A stretch of 64,000 nt of DNA from an uncultured Eubacteriales bacterium. Its GTDB lineage: Bacteria > Bacillota > Clostridia > Oscillospirales > Acutalibacteraceae. The DNA lies in the NCBI GenBank assembly GCA_964627535.1, contig CAZVJW010000007.1, forward strand, positions 3,144-67,143. Reading direction: 5' to 3'. The first letter of the stretch is position 1. Each line of letters opens with the position of its first letter. Below the pieces are notes generated by a model. It made no database searches, was not told the origin of the DNA, and was given only the letters and a program-made list of their open reading frames with translations. A program made the translations under genes and the position numbers. Positions 34,730 to 45,032 of this stretch are shown here, piece by piece.

Positions 34730-37251
34730 TTTCCAATAATAATCAACCGGCAGTAAAACGGCTATCGAAACGCGCAATGAAAGCAAACCGGAACCGCAAT
34801 ATCTTTGCGCTGCTGGCGATTATCTTAACCACCTTTATGATATCGTCCGTGTTTAGTATTGGTATTAGTTTCGCAAAAAATATGACGGTTATGAATACAC
34901 GGTTAGCCGGAACCTCCGCCACGATTTTTTTGAATAACCCATCAGAAGAACAGCTTTCGGCAGTCCGGAAAATTGAAGGCGTTAAGAGCGCCGGTACGCA
35001 GATTAACATTGGCTCCGTAAGCGGAAAAACAGCAGAGAGCAAGGCTGTTTCAATTGCCATGCTTTGCTATGATATAACAGAATGGCTTGAGCATATTAAG
35101 CCGGCTGTCGGTGAAATAACAGGAACTTATGCCCAAAAGACGGATGAAATTATGCTTTCCCAGCGGGCGCTCACACAGCTTGGTTTCACAAAACCGGAAA
35201 TCGGCATGAAAATACCTTTGACTTATGAAGTAAACGGAATAACCAAATCGGCGACATTCACATTAAGCGGCTGGTTCACCGAATATGAATCAACACAAAC
35301 GCAGGGGATAGCGCTGCTCTTCGAAGCGTTCTGCGCGGACAATGCGATAACATATGAAAATAACGGCAGACTGTGTATTTCCACGGAAAATTCAAGGCCC
35401 GGTGAAGTTTTTGAAAGACTTGAAAAAGAGATTGCAACAAAAGGCTCACAGGAATTTTCCTCTGGGTATGATTTTTCCGAGACCAATAGTAAAGATTTGC
35501 TGGCTGTGGCGGCAACAATCACGATGCTGGCTTTATTCATCGTATTCAGCGGATATTTGCTGATCTATAACATCATGTACATTTCCGTTACGAAGGATAT
35601 TCATTTCTTCGGATTGCTTAAGACGATTGGCACATCCTCCGTGCAGATCAAAAAAATCATTTACAGGCAAGCTTTGCTTTTATCCTTAAGCGGCATTCCG
35701 GCTGGGCTTATTTTAGGAGCCCTGACCTCGTTTGTGATAGTGCCGCAAGCAATGACTATGTTCGCGACGGGAGCCTTAAATTCGGCAATGCCCGGTGATA
35801 TATCGTTCAATCCGTTGATTTTTATTGGTACGGCTTTGTTTTCATTGTTAACAGTCATAGTAAGCTGCCGGAAACCAGCAAAGGCGGCAAGCCGTGTATC
35901 TCCGGTAGAGGCCGTGAAATATACCGGAATTGCAGGCATAATTAAAAAGAAACATAAAAAATCCACAAGCGGCGGCAAGATTTATAAAATGGCGTACCAT
36001 AATGTCTTTCGTGAGAAAAAAAGAGCACTTTTGGTTTTTGCTTCTCTTTTTATGGGAACTGTGACTTTCCTGAGTGTAAACAGCTTTTTTTCAAGCCTGG
36101 ATGTGAATAATTTCATTGACCGCTATTATCCTGACGACTTCGTTTATCAAAGCAAACCGCCGTTAAGTGAGCAAAAATTTGATACGGAGTTTATGACCTC
36201 TCTCAATAAAATCAACGGAATAAAAAGCAAAGAAATTGTCTATATGGAGTATTGTTCAATACCTTTCGACGAGAAAGTATTTGAGCCGGTGGTTCGCTCG
36301 GAATTTAACACCTACCTGTCCTCAACCGAAACTTATGAGGATTTGGTGCATTCGCTTAAAATACAGTCAAGTAAAAATCAGTTTGGCACCTATGTGTTTG
36401 CTATAAGTGACAAATACATTGAAGACTATAACAAGACCCATGACAACAAGATTGATGTTGATGCGTTCCGGCGTGGCGAGGTATGTATAGCCGGTTATGG
36501 GCCATATTCAAATATGATTAATAAAACGTTGACTCTTACCGGTGAAACACACAAAAAAGTGAAGGATGTCAAAATTGGCGGCGTATTTGAAAATTCAAAA
36601 GACTGTCCCTTTGCACAATATACCCATGTAGTCGGTGCCCTTAACGGTCTATTCGTCAGTGAAAGGTTTATCAATGAATTAAACAGCAGTCCGCTCATTT
36701 CCAATATTATTTTGAATGTTGAAAAGGATAAAGAACCAGCGGTAAAAGCGCAGCTAAATAAGCTCAACGCCACGCTGACTAATCCGACATTTACTTTTGT
36801 CAGCCGGTCCGAAACGGCGGAGAAGTTTACGTCAACTATGATGACAATGAATGTATTGACGAGCGGTATTTCTGTTATGCTTATACTGATTGGCATTATT
36901 AATTTTATCAATGTTATGCTTACGGGCATTTATTCACGGAGGCGGGAACTCGCTGTACTCGAAAGCGTCGGAATGACAAAACGGCAGATTTATAAAATGC
37001 TGACTTTTGAGGGTGGATTCTACGCCTTGATAACAACAGTATTGGTAATGAGTATCGGCAATGCAATCATGTTCCTGGTCGGGAAAGTCATGCCCACTAT
37101 AGCGGATTATGCGGTTTTTCGTTACCCGTACCTGATAGTCACAGTGCTTATTGCAGCAATATTTATGATATGTCTTTTTGTACCGCCGGTAGTCTATAAG
37201 GTAACGGCAAAGGAAAGCGTGACAGAAAGGCTTCATGCGGCGGACAATTAA
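34726..37251 (+). CDS. ABC transporter permease, FtsX-family, two FtsX domains (BceB/MacB-like), 841 aa
   Basis: Translationally coupled to the ATPase (ATGA overlap); multiple TM blocks at ~260-400 and ~720-840. Confidence 0.8.
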   Translation: MISNNNQPAVKRLSKRAMKANRNRNIFALLAIILTTFMISSVFSIGISFAKNMTVMNTRLAGTSATIFLNNPSEEQLSAVRKIEGVKSAGTQINIGSVSGKTAESKAVSIAMLCYDITEWLEHIKPAVGEITGTYAQKTDEIMLSQRALTQLGFTKPEIGMKIPLTYEVNGITKSATFTLSGWFTEYESTQTQGIALLFEAFCADNAITYENNGRLCISTENSRPGEVFERLEKEIATKGSQEFSSGYDFSETNSKDLLAVAATITMLALFIVFSGYLLIYNIMYISVTKDIHFFGLLKTIGTSSVQIKKIIYRQALLLSLSGIPAGLILGALTSFVIVPQAMTMFATGALNSAMPGDISFNPLIFIGTALFSLLTVIVSCRKPAKAASRVSPVEAVKYTGIAGIIKKKHKKSTSGGKIYKMAYHNVFREKKRALLVFASLFMGTVTFLSVNSFFSSLDVNNFIDRYYPDDFVYQSKPPLSEQKFDTEFMTSLNKINGIKSKEIVYMEYCSIPFDEKVFEPVVRSEFNTYLSSTETYEDLVHSLKIQSSKNQFGTYVFAISDKYIEDYNKTHDNKIDVDAFRRGEVCIAGYGPYSNMINKTLTLTGETHKKVKDVKIGGVFENSKDCPFAQYTHVVGALNGLFVSERFINELNSSPLISNIILNVEKDKEPAVKAQLNKLNATLTNPTFTFVSRSETAEKFTSTMMTMNVLTSGISVMLILIGIINFINVMLTGIYSRRRELAVLESVGMTKRQIYKMLTFEGGFYALITTVLVMSIGNAIMFLVGKVMPTIADYAVFRYPYLIVTVLIAAIFMICLFVPPVVYKVTAKESVTERLHAADN

Positions 37252-37261
37252 TTTTAAATTA

Positions 37262-37292
37262 CAAGAGGATGTGTTCAAGCACATCCTCTTGT
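37262..37292 (+). terminator. Hairpin caagaggatgtg-ttcaag-cacatcctcttg after the permease gene; overlaps the promoter of the downstream TCS
   Basis: 12-bp perfect stem. It is immediately followed by an extended -10 TGaTATAAT (37292-37300). Confidence 0.5.
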
Positions 37293-37349
37293 GATATAAT
37301 CGTATAAACGCCGAAAACATCGAACTAAGAAAGATATGGTGTAAAAAAA

Positions 37350-38030
37350 ATGGCGAGAATTCTGCTTGTGGAGGATGACAGGGATTTATCCAAAGGGATT
37401 TCGATTGCTCTTCAAAAGGACGGTCATGAAATAACACCGGCTTATAGCTATAATGAAGCCGTGAAATGCCTTGACGACGGGAACTGTGATTTGTATTTGC
37501 TTGACATCAATCTTCCCGGCGGTGACGGACTTGCGTTTTGCGAACGGGTACGTAGAAAAAGCGAAAAGCCCATTATTTTTTTAACGGCAAGAGATACGGA
37601 AGACGATATGCTTGCCGGGTTTACAGCAGGCTGTGATGATTATATTGCCAAGCCGTTTTCGGTTTCTGTTTTACGGCAGAAAATATTGGCTATACTCAAA
37701 AGAAACGGTATTTCGAATGATGACGGAAATGGTTTGACATACCGCGATCTAAAAATAAATTATGACAAAATGACTGTCACCAAAAACGGTAAAGACTGCC
37801 GTCTCACAGCAACCGAATACAAGCTGCTCGAATATATGGCAAAAAACAAAGGCAAAGTTTTGACGCGCACTATGCTTTTAGAACAAATCTGGGATGTTGA
37901 CGGTAACTTTATTGATGAAAATACGCTCAGCGTTCACATAAAACGGCTTCGTGGAAAGCTTGAGGATAATAGTAAAAATCCCGAATATATTCTCACGATA
38001 TTTGGAATAGGCTATACCTTTGGCGATTAG
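37350..38030 (+). CDS. OmpR-family response regulator (BceR-like)
   Basis: MARILLVEDD.. receiver domain + winged helix. Confidence 0.9.
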   Translation: MARILLVEDDRDLSKGISIALQKDGHEITPAYSYNEAVKCLDDGNCDLYLLDINLPGGDGLAFCERVRRKSEKPIIFLTARDTEDDMLAGFTAGCDDYIAKPFSVSVLRQKILAILKRNGISNDDGNGLTYRDLKINYDKMTVTKNGKDCRLTATEYKLLEYMAKNKGKVLTRTMLLEQIWDVDGNFIDENTLSVHIKRLRGKLEDNSKNPEYILTIFGIGYTFGD

Positions 38031-38051
38031 TTTAAAAACAATGGAGGAAAC

Positions 38052-39095
38052 ATGAGAAAACACGCTATAAAATCCTATATAATACTTATCTTTGCAGCAG
38101 TAAGCTGTATAGCCTTGCCTGTTTTATGTTATATTTTTACCGTCGATAAATATTTGGCACTGGGCAGCACCGCTTTTTCGGCCGTAATAGGTTTACTTAC
38201 TTTTTTATTGTACAGAAGTAATGAGAAATATATGAATCAGTTGCTTTGCGACCTTTCCGATTTGATTGAATCAATTATGCAAATGAAAAGCAAGCCGGTC
38301 TTTCCGGAATTTGACGACAGCTTGCTGTCAAAACTGCAAAGTCAAGTGATTCGGCTGACCGATATGCTTTTACAACAAAACAGAACCATAGAAACAGAGA
38401 AAAATGAAATCAAGTCACTCATTTCCGATATATCCCATCAGCTTAAAACACCGGTTGCCACGCTGAAAATGTACGGGGAGCTGCTTCTTGAAAACGATAC
38501 CACGGAATCCGAGCGAGCCGAATACTTGGCGGTTCTCAAATCGTCACTAGAAAAGCTTGTATTTTTAACGGACAGCCTGATAAAGATGTCGCGGCTAGAA
38601 AGCGGAATCATCGTTTTAAATCGGGATAAAACAAACCTGAATTCTACTGTTTTGGATGCTATCATGCAGGTGTATCACAAAGCGAAAGAAAAAAATATTG
38701 AAGTGAAATTAAAGAATGAAAAATCACACATTGAAACGGTACACGATAAACGTTGGGTTGCCGAGGCGCTTTTTAACATATTGGATAACGCGGTAAAATA
38801 TACGGAAAACGGCGGCAAAATTGATATTGAGCTTGACCGGTATGAACTGTTTGCCAGAATTGATATTACGGACAATGGCATGGGTATACCCGAAGCGGAA
38901 TTAAGCAAAATATTTGGGCGCTTTTACCGGGGAAAAAACGCGTCATCTAAAGACGGAATCGGGATAGGGCTTACGTTATCCCGCAAAATTATAATCGACC
39001 ATGGCGGGTATATCAAGGTAAAATCAGATGCCGGGGGCTCTGTATTTTCTGTATTCTTGCCTTTTGAACACAGTCTGACGGTTCTGCCGTGTTGA
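38052..39095 (+). CDS. Intramembrane-sensing histidine kinase (BceS-like; two TM helices, short loop)
   Basis: HisKA ..ISHQLKTPV..; HATPase_c ..DNGMGIPE.., ..GIGIGLTLSRKII.. Confidence 0.85.
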   Translation: MRKHAIKSYIILIFAAVSCIALPVLCYIFTVDKYLALGSTAFSAVIGLLTFLLYRSNEKYMNQLLCDLSDLIESIMQMKSKPVFPEFDDSLLSKLQSQVIRLTDMLLQQNRTIETEKNEIKSLISDISHQLKTPVATLKMYGELLLENDTTESERAEYLAVLKSSLEKLVFLTDSLIKMSRLESGIIVLNRDKTNLNSTVLDAIMQVYHKAKEKNIEVKLKNEKSHIETVHDKRWVAEALFNILDNAVKYTENGGKIDIELDRYELFARIDITDNGMGIPEAELSKIFGRFYRGKNASSKDGIGIGLTLSRKIIIDHGGYIKVKSDAGGSVFSVFLPFEHSLTVLPC

Positions 39096-39276
39096 TTTCA
39101 CCGGAACCGGTTGCGGAAGAACCCATAGCTGAAGTAACGCCTGCGGAAGAAAGTAAATGAGTAAAATAAAAGCAGATAAAAATGACCTCCGGGCGGATGA
39201 AAATCTTCGCTTGGGGGTCATCTAATAACGGTTATTAGCATTGTAAACTGCAGGTATGGTTGATTGCATTCATTCC

Positions 39277-39305
39277 TTGACACCGAAAAAATATGTGAGT
39301 ATACT
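39277..39305 (+). promoter_or_regulatory. Sigma-A-type promoter TTGACA-17-TATACT upstream of the esterase gene
   Basis: ccTTGACAccgaaaaaatatgtgagTATACTcat, ~30 nt before the RBS. Confidence 0.5.
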
Positions 39306-39336
39306 CATTACAGATAACGAAAGGAATGGTTATAAT

Positions 39337-40932
39337 ATGAGTGATTTGAAAACATTATTCCCCGCTGAAGCCGCAGCCCCTAAAAGCATAAACGACGGAA
39401 AGAATGAATTCGAGAAGATACTCATCCCCGCGGTAACGGAGCTCACGCTGCCGGATATCTTTTGCGACAATATGCTGTTTGAAGCCGACAAACCCATCAT
39501 TATTTGGGGACTTTCGCCTTATCAAGAGAAAACTACAATCAGCCTTTTTGATAAAAACGGCAAAGCTGTCAGAGAGAAAATAACAGTTGCCGCGGACGAC
39601 ACATCTTTTATAACCGAGTTTCCGGGGGTAGCCCCTTCCTTTGATGAATACACACTTGAGGTAAAAGCCGGCAAAGACAAAATAGATGTTAAAAATATCC
39701 TGTTCGGGCGGCTGTATTTGGCGGGCGGCCAATCCAACATGGATATGATTGTTAGGGACATCTGCAGGAAAGAAGAAATATTGACAGCCGCACCAAACAA
39801 ATACATCAGAATTTACAACCCGGCGCCAACCCCTTGTGAGGAAAACGAATGTGCACTGTCACCCGTATTCGCACCCCGAATAGGCGGACCGTGGGTAGTT
39901 GGAGATAATCCGGAAGATATAAAAAATGTTACTTCTGTTGGCTTTGTTTTCGCAAAGGGTATGTTTGAAAAACTGAACAGGGAAGGCAAACAGGTTCCGG
40001 TCGGAATATTAAGCACTTCCAGAGGCGGCACGGTGATTGAAACATGGATGAGCAGGAGCGCAATCGAAGCGGACCCGGAACTGAAAGCGGATATGCTTAA
40101 GAGCAAGGTTTACGCGGCTGAAGATGATTCGGCAGTAATGGAAGAATTGAATAAGCAAGGCGTTAACAATACGACCGTGCTTTACAACATGAAAATATCC
40201 CCGCTGTCGAACATGAACATTTCCGGCCTTATTTGGTACCAGGGCGAAAGCCAGGTCGGCAAAAGCATGACACTGTTCGCGAAAGAGCTTGACGCGTTTA
40301 TCAAGGAACTTTCAAAGCGTTTCCGCTGGGGTGAAAGTTTGCTGCCGACGGTTTTAATCAATATTACACCCTTCCCTTATGACGAACTGTACGAAAAACC
40401 GGAGCTTGCGGACGCAGGCGCCCAAGTAAACGAAACATTCAACGAATTCGCGAAGCTTCACAGCGTAAACATTGCCAGCATGCCGACCTACGATTTTTCG
40501 CTGCGGTGTGACGGAACCGAGACATGGGACCCGCACCCCATTCATCCGAGCGATAAAATCCCGCTGGCCGAAAGAGCGGTGGAAGTGTTTTGGGGGCTGA
40601 CGCACGATAATATTGTGCCGTTTTGCGCATCCTTCAAAATTGACGGAGCAAAAGTTGTCGCCGAATTTGCCAACATCTATGACGGACTTTCGGCGAAAGA
40701 CAATGAGCCGGTGAAAGGCTTTAGAATTTGCGGAGCAGACAGAAAATTTTACAATGCCGATGCCGCTGTTTTTGATAAGAATAAAGTAGTATTATCCTCA
40801 AGCAATGTTCCAAAGCCCATTGCCGTTTCCTATGCGTTTTGCAACATGAACAATGAAGCGAATCTTTTTAACAGCAGGGGAATCCCCGTGCAGATTTTCA
40901 GAACGGATAAAGAGAAGTGCTTAAAACCGTGA
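39337..40932 (+). CDS. Sialate O-acetylesterase (SASA/carbohydrate-esterase) family protein
   Basis: ..RLYLAGGQSNMD.. catalytic motif. The start is moved to ATG 39337 (RBS AAAGGAA); the track start is 39256. Confidence 0.7.
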   Translation: MSDLKTLFPAEAAAPKSINDGKNEFEKILIPAVTELTLPDIFCDNMLFEADKPIIIWGLSPYQEKTTISLFDKNGKAVREKITVAADDTSFITEFPGVAPSFDEYTLEVKAGKDKIDVKNILFGRLYLAGGQSNMDMIVRDICRKEEILTAAPNKYIRIYNPAPTPCEENECALSPVFAPRIGGPWVVGDNPEDIKNVTSVGFVFAKGMFEKLNREGKQVPVGILSTSRGGTVIETWMSRSAIEADPELKADMLKSKVYAAEDDSAVMEELNKQGVNNTTVLYNMKISPLSNMNISGLIWYQGESQVGKSMTLFAKELDAFIKELSKRFRWGESLLPTVLINITPFPYDELYEKPELADAGAQVNETFNEFAKLHSVNIASMPTYDFSLRCDGTETWDPHPIHPSDKIPLAERAVEVFWGLTHDNIVPFCASFKIDGAKVVAEFANIYDGLSAKDNEPVKGFRICGADRKFYNADAAVFDKNKVVLSSSNVPKPIAVSYAFCNMNNEANLFNSRGIPVQIFRTDKEKCLKP

Positions 40933-40986
40933 CCGCTTTGAGCAGCACCAACGTATAAAGCCGGAACAAAAAATCTAGATGTACAG

Positions 40987-41020
40987 AAAACTCCTGGGCA
41001 GTTTTTGCGCAGGAGTTTTT
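40987..41020 (+). terminator. Rho-independent terminator aaaactcctgggcag-ttttt-gcgcaggagttttt
   Basis: GC stem with flanking A/T runs (bidirectional shape). Confidence 0.6.
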
Positions 41021-41055
41021 GCATGCATGCTTACTTACTCGAATCTGTTAAATCA

Positions 41056-41155
41056 TACTAATTACTCATAAAAACCTAACTAAAAATTCCGCATAAAACC
41101 CCATAAATCAAAGCTTTTGCTTGATTTTTTAGAGGCTTTTTATCGTGAATTAGTA
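41056..41155 (+). repeat. MITE-like element copy 5 (100 bp), abutting the stop codon of the regulator gene
   Basis: tactaattactcataaaaacctaactaaaaattccgcataaaaccccataaatcaaagcttttgcttgattttttagaggctttttatcgtgaattagta. Confidence 0.9.
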
Positions 41156-42277
41156 TCAGTTATGTTGTTTTTCTTTCTTTGCATAGGGCTTATATTTTTC
41201 AAAAATCGTCTTAAATCCGTCCGTTTTCCCAATATCACCGTTACCAAAATGCAAATCTAAAATTTCAAGCTCTCGTGCTATTTCATTTTGACTTTCTCCG
41301 CAACATATTTTCATCATATCATCTGTAATGGTATCAACTAAAAACGAAGTGTGCTTTGATATCGTTGGTAACTCATCGTATGCTTTACCATAAGCTAACC
41401 CTTTATCAAGATAGTCAAAAGCCGTATTATATTCCTTCAAATCTAAATACCTATATGCAATCCAAATATTGAGTTCACACAGATTGTAGAAATCAAAGCC
41501 GTAATCGCCATCATCATATATTAAGTTCAATAAATCTACAGCTTTCTGAAGAATACGAATTCTAGTTTTTGCATCGGCTTTTGAATGCAATGCACAGTTC
41601 CTGATTTTTACCATCAGACATTCGGTAAGATTTTTGATGTTCTTTTGAACACATGGAAACCACTCTTCTGTGCCCCGAACATAAATGTTTTCCATTTCTT
41701 CGTCTGCCGTAAAATAATAATGTTCAGGGAAACGCTTGGCGGTTTCTATTGCTTTTTCTATGTTGCCATCAAGGCAATATAGGCTGCTCAAAATCGAAAG
41801 TGCGCTGTATCTAGGCTTGTCGAGCCGACACTCATCAAACACTCTATCGCACAGTTTGTATAGTTCCTCCTTATGAACCTCGTTTCCGTAAGGTGCTTCT
41901 TTACAATTTGGGTCATAAGTAAGCTGCCACATATATTCATCGACTATTCTGAAATCGTTGGGGAATTCTTTATATGCGGTACACATTAAATTGTATTTTT
42001 CCATGCTTTTTCCGAGTGCGGAAAGTTTGCGGAATTCACTTAAATAGTTTTCTATCTTTTCTTCATTTTTCGCCGCGTCAAGCCCGAGCAACTTGTCGGT
42101 TGTTACACAAAAATAGCTTGCAAGCGGAAGAATCATTGTGATATCGGGATAGGTTTCATTTCTTTCCCATTTTGACACGGCTTGCGTGCTGACATTAAGA
42201 TGCTCCGCCAGCTTTTCCTGCGTGATATTTTTATCGCGGCGCAGACGCTTGATGTTTTCTCCAATACAGATATTCAT
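41156..42277 (-). CDS. HTH-XRE + TPR-like regulator, RRNPP (Rgg/PlcR/NprR-like) architecture
   Basis: N-terminal ..IKRLRRDKNITQEKLAEHLNVSTQAVSKWERNETYPDITMILPLASYF..; ~300-aa helical-repeat C-terminal domain. Confidence 0.6.
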   Translation of the reverse strand: MNICIGENIKRLRRDKNITQEKLAEHLNVSTQAVSKWERNETYPDITMILPLASYFCVTTDKLLGLDAAKNEEKIENYLSEFRKLSALGKSMEKYNLMCTAYKEFPNDFRIVDEYMWQLTYDPNCKEAPYGNEVHKEELYKLCDRVFDECRLDKPRYSALSILSSLYCLDGNIEKAIETAKRFPEHYYFTADEEMENIYVRGTEEWFPCVQKNIKNLTECLMVKIRNCALHSKADAKTRIRILQKAVDLLNLIYDDGDYGFDFYNLCELNIWIAYRYLDLKEYNTAFDYLDKGLAYGKAYDELPTISKHTSFLVDTITDDMMKICCGESQNEIARELEILDLHFGNGDIGKTDGFKTIFEKYKPYAKKEKQHN

Positions 42278-42513
42278 TGTTTTCGCTCCTTACATAAAGT
42301 AAACAGGCCTGTTGCTGTTAGTATTATAGCATCCCAGAGATGAAAATCCAGAACCTGTTAAGTTACGGAATTAAACTCTGGGTTGATTTAATCTATTATA
42401 GCGTTATTCATCATTCGTATCAAGTGGCATCGGCAAGCAGTTAAATATGCCCTTTCAGGCATTCGATAAAGCCCTGCTTTTGTCTTTAACAAATCGTATA
42501 ACGAATAAGATGT

Positions 42514-42550
42514 AAAAACTCCTGCGCAGCAATCTGCAGCAGGAGTTTTT
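42514..42550 (-). terminator. Terminator of the pst-pho operon (aaaaactcctgcgcagcaatctgcagcaggagttttt)
   Basis: GC-rich stem with A-run/T-run flanks, 17 nt after the phoR stop. Confidence 0.6.
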
Positions 42551-42566
42551 AGCTTGGTAAAACTAA

Positions 42567-44315
42567 TTAAATTGACAGCATAGGGAAACTGACGATAATT
42601 TCTGTGCCTTCACCAACCTTGCTTTTTACCCGGATATCGCCCGAATAAAGGACGACGATGTGTTTAACAATCGATAGACCGAGACCTGTTCCGCCGATGT
42701 TTCTGCTGCGCCCCTTGTCAATCCTGTAGAACCGCTCGAAGATTCTGGGGATATCTTTTTCGGGGATACCGATTCCGGTGTCTGCAACCGAAACGTGTGC
42801 GGTTTCTCCCTCTGCCGCAACATTTACTTTGACGCTTCCGCCTTCATTGTTGTATTTAATCGCGTTTTCTATCAGGTTTGATATCAAATGCCTTATATCC
42901 GACGGGTCGGCGGTTATAACTGTTTTTTCTCCGCTGACTTCTACGGAAATTTTCCCGGTATCGGCCTGCGGCATCAAAGCTTTCACCGCCTGCTGCGCGC
43001 AGGCAAACAGGTCTACCGGCTCTCTTTTCAGCAGCGCGACCGTGTTTTCAAGGGAAGCAAGCTTTAAAATGTCTTCCAAAAGCGCTGTGATGCGGGCGGA
43101 TTCATCCACAATCCTCTGCAAATAGTCATTGAACTGTGCTTTGTCGGTAATCATTCCCGAAGAAAGCAGCTCTGCAAACCCGCTGATAGAAGTAATCGGC
43201 GTCTTCAGCTCATGCGAGGCGTTTGCGACAAACTCGCTTCGCATCTGCTCCATTTTGCTGTTTTGGGTAACATCGGTCAGGATGATAATGGAGCCGTTTT
43301 TAAGCCAGCTGGCCGAAACATGATGCACCGAAACGGAATATACCGTGTCGAAATAATCGATGGGGATGTTGAAGATAGCGGAAACGCCGGATTTAATGGA
43401 GTTTTCAACAGCCGCGACAATCTTCGGGTTATGGGTTAAGTGCAAAAACGGCTTGCCTGTAAAGTAGCCTGTGTTATTAAACAGCGCTTTTGCGGTGTTG
43501 TTGCACAGCAATATTTTTAATTCGCCGTCAATCACCACAAGTCCCTGTTTCATATTGTCCAGCACGAAGCCAAGCTTGTCTTTTTCGCCTTCCAGGTTTT
43601 CAAGTGTCGAAACAATTCCTCTGACCAATGAATTAATGCTGGAGGTCAGCGGAGAGAGTTCCTCGTACTCGGGGTCTTTGAGTTTTACGGTATAATCGCC
43701 GTCTTGAATACTCATAATTTCAGAAGACATTTTTTCTATCGGTTTGATAACAGACGCGGCTGTTCTGGAGGCAACAATAAAGGAAAACAGAATAGCAAGA
43801 ACAAGCCCTGTCAATGTGGCAGGCATCAGCTGTTCCAGACGGGGACCCAAACCCTCAACAGGCCGTGCGGCACGGTATATTGTGCTTTCCGGACTTTTAA
43901 GGGTAACATACAAATAGCTCCCGCTCAAAATTGCTGAATCCCGTTGGGAATATCCTTTGCCCGTGGCTCTTGCCTGAATAACCTCCGGCCTATTATAGTG
44001 ATTTTCAACAGGAAGTTCGACCGCCGTATCGGCTGAAACTGTGCCGTCGGGTAAAATAATTGTTATGCGAATCCCGCCGCAGGCGGCGGAAAGTCTTTCG
44101 GCTAAAACTCTTGGTTCCGATGTTCTGTCGGCGGATAAAACGGCGGCGGTAAGCGTTGCAAGAATATTCTGCCGGAGGTCTTTTTCATACCTGCCCTGCA
44201 GCATAAATGACAAAACGACCGAAAAAATTAAAACGGTCAGGGTGGAAACTGCTATTAACCTTAAAAAGATTGCCTTCTTCAAACGTTTTACCCTTCCCTC
44301 AAACCAGCACAACAT
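42567..44315 (-). CDS. phoR: Phosphate-regulon sensor histidine kinase PhoR
   Basis: TM + PAS + HisKA (..ANASHELKTPITSI..) + HATPase_c; position after phoP/phoU/pst. Confidence 0.85.
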   Translation of the reverse strand: MLCWFEGRVKRLKKAIFLRLIAVSTLTVLIFSVVLSFMLQGRYEKDLRQNILATLTAAVLSADRTSEPRVLAERLSAACGGIRITIILPDGTVSADTAVELPVENHYNRPEVIQARATGKGYSQRDSAILSGSYLYVTLKSPESTIYRAARPVEGLGPRLEQLMPATLTGLVLAILFSFIVASRTAASVIKPIEKMSSEIMSIQDGDYTVKLKDPEYEELSPLTSSINSLVRGIVSTLENLEGEKDKLGFVLDNMKQGLVVIDGELKILLCNNTAKALFNNTGYFTGKPFLHLTHNPKIVAAVENSIKSGVSAIFNIPIDYFDTVYSVSVHHVSASWLKNGSIIILTDVTQNSKMEQMRSEFVANASHELKTPITSISGFAELLSSGMITDKAQFNDYLQRIVDESARITALLEDILKLASLENTVALLKREPVDLFACAQQAVKALMPQADTGKISVEVSGEKTVITADPSDIRHLISNLIENAIKYNNEGGSVKVNVAAEGETAHVSVADTGIGIPEKDIPRIFERFYRIDKGRSRNIGGTGLGLSIVKHIVVLYSGDIRVKSKVGEGTEIIVSFPMLSI

Positions 44316-44333
44316 ATTTCAGCAAGCTTAAAA

Positions 44334-45023
44334 TCAGACCAGTGAATAGCCGACGCCCCGGACCGTTCTGATGTATTTCGGATGTTCGGCGTTGTCGCAA
44401 AGCTTTTGCCTTAAAGTTTTGATATGCATATCCAGCGTTCGGCTCTCGCCTTCAAAATCAAACCCCCAGACGCTGTTGAGCAGGTCCTCCCGCGGGAGCA
44501 CTCTGCCGGGGCTGCTCATCAGCAGGCAAAGCAGCTCATATTCTTTTAAAGTCAGTTCCGCCGCACACCCGGCAACCGTAACCGTGCGTTTGCCGGTATC
44601 AATGGAGATATCTTTATATTGAAGCGCTTCTGTGCGGCCTTCCGGCTTTTTCTGGCGGCGGACAGCCGCGCGAACCCTTGCCGAAAGCTCTAAAATTCCA
44701 AACGGTTTTGTAATGTAGTCGTCCGCCCCCGCATCCAGGCAAGTTACTTTTTCGGTTTCCGCCGATTTCGCGGTCAGCATGATGACGGGTATGCCGGCGT
44801 TTGATAGTTTGGCTTTCAGCTGTTTCAAGGCTTCAATCCCGTCAATACCGGGCAGCATAATGTCAAGCAATATTAAATCGGGTTTTTCCGCTATAACAGC
44901 CTTCAGCATGGCCTCGGCATCACCGAAGCTTTCAACGCGGTATGAAAAGGACTTCAGTGCGCAGCACAAAAGCTCTCTGATATTATCCTCATCTTCAACA
45001 ACAAAAATCAGGCTTTCCATCAT
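44334..45023 (-). CDS. phoP: OmpR-family response regulator PhoP/PhoB
   Basis: Receiver + winged helix; paired with phoR. Confidence 0.85.
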   Translation of the reverse strand: MMESLIFVVEDEDNIRELLCCALKSFSYRVESFGDAEAMLKAVIAEKPDLILLDIMLPGIDGIEALKQLKAKLSNAGIPVIMLTAKSAETEKVTCLDAGADDYITKPFGILELSARVRAAVRRQKKPEGRTEALQYKDISIDTGKRTVTVAGCAAELTLKEYELLCLLMSSPGRVLPREDLLNSVWGFDFEGESRTLDMHIKTLRQKLCDNAEHPKYIRTVRGVGYSLV

Positions 45024-45032
45024 CGTCTCCGT

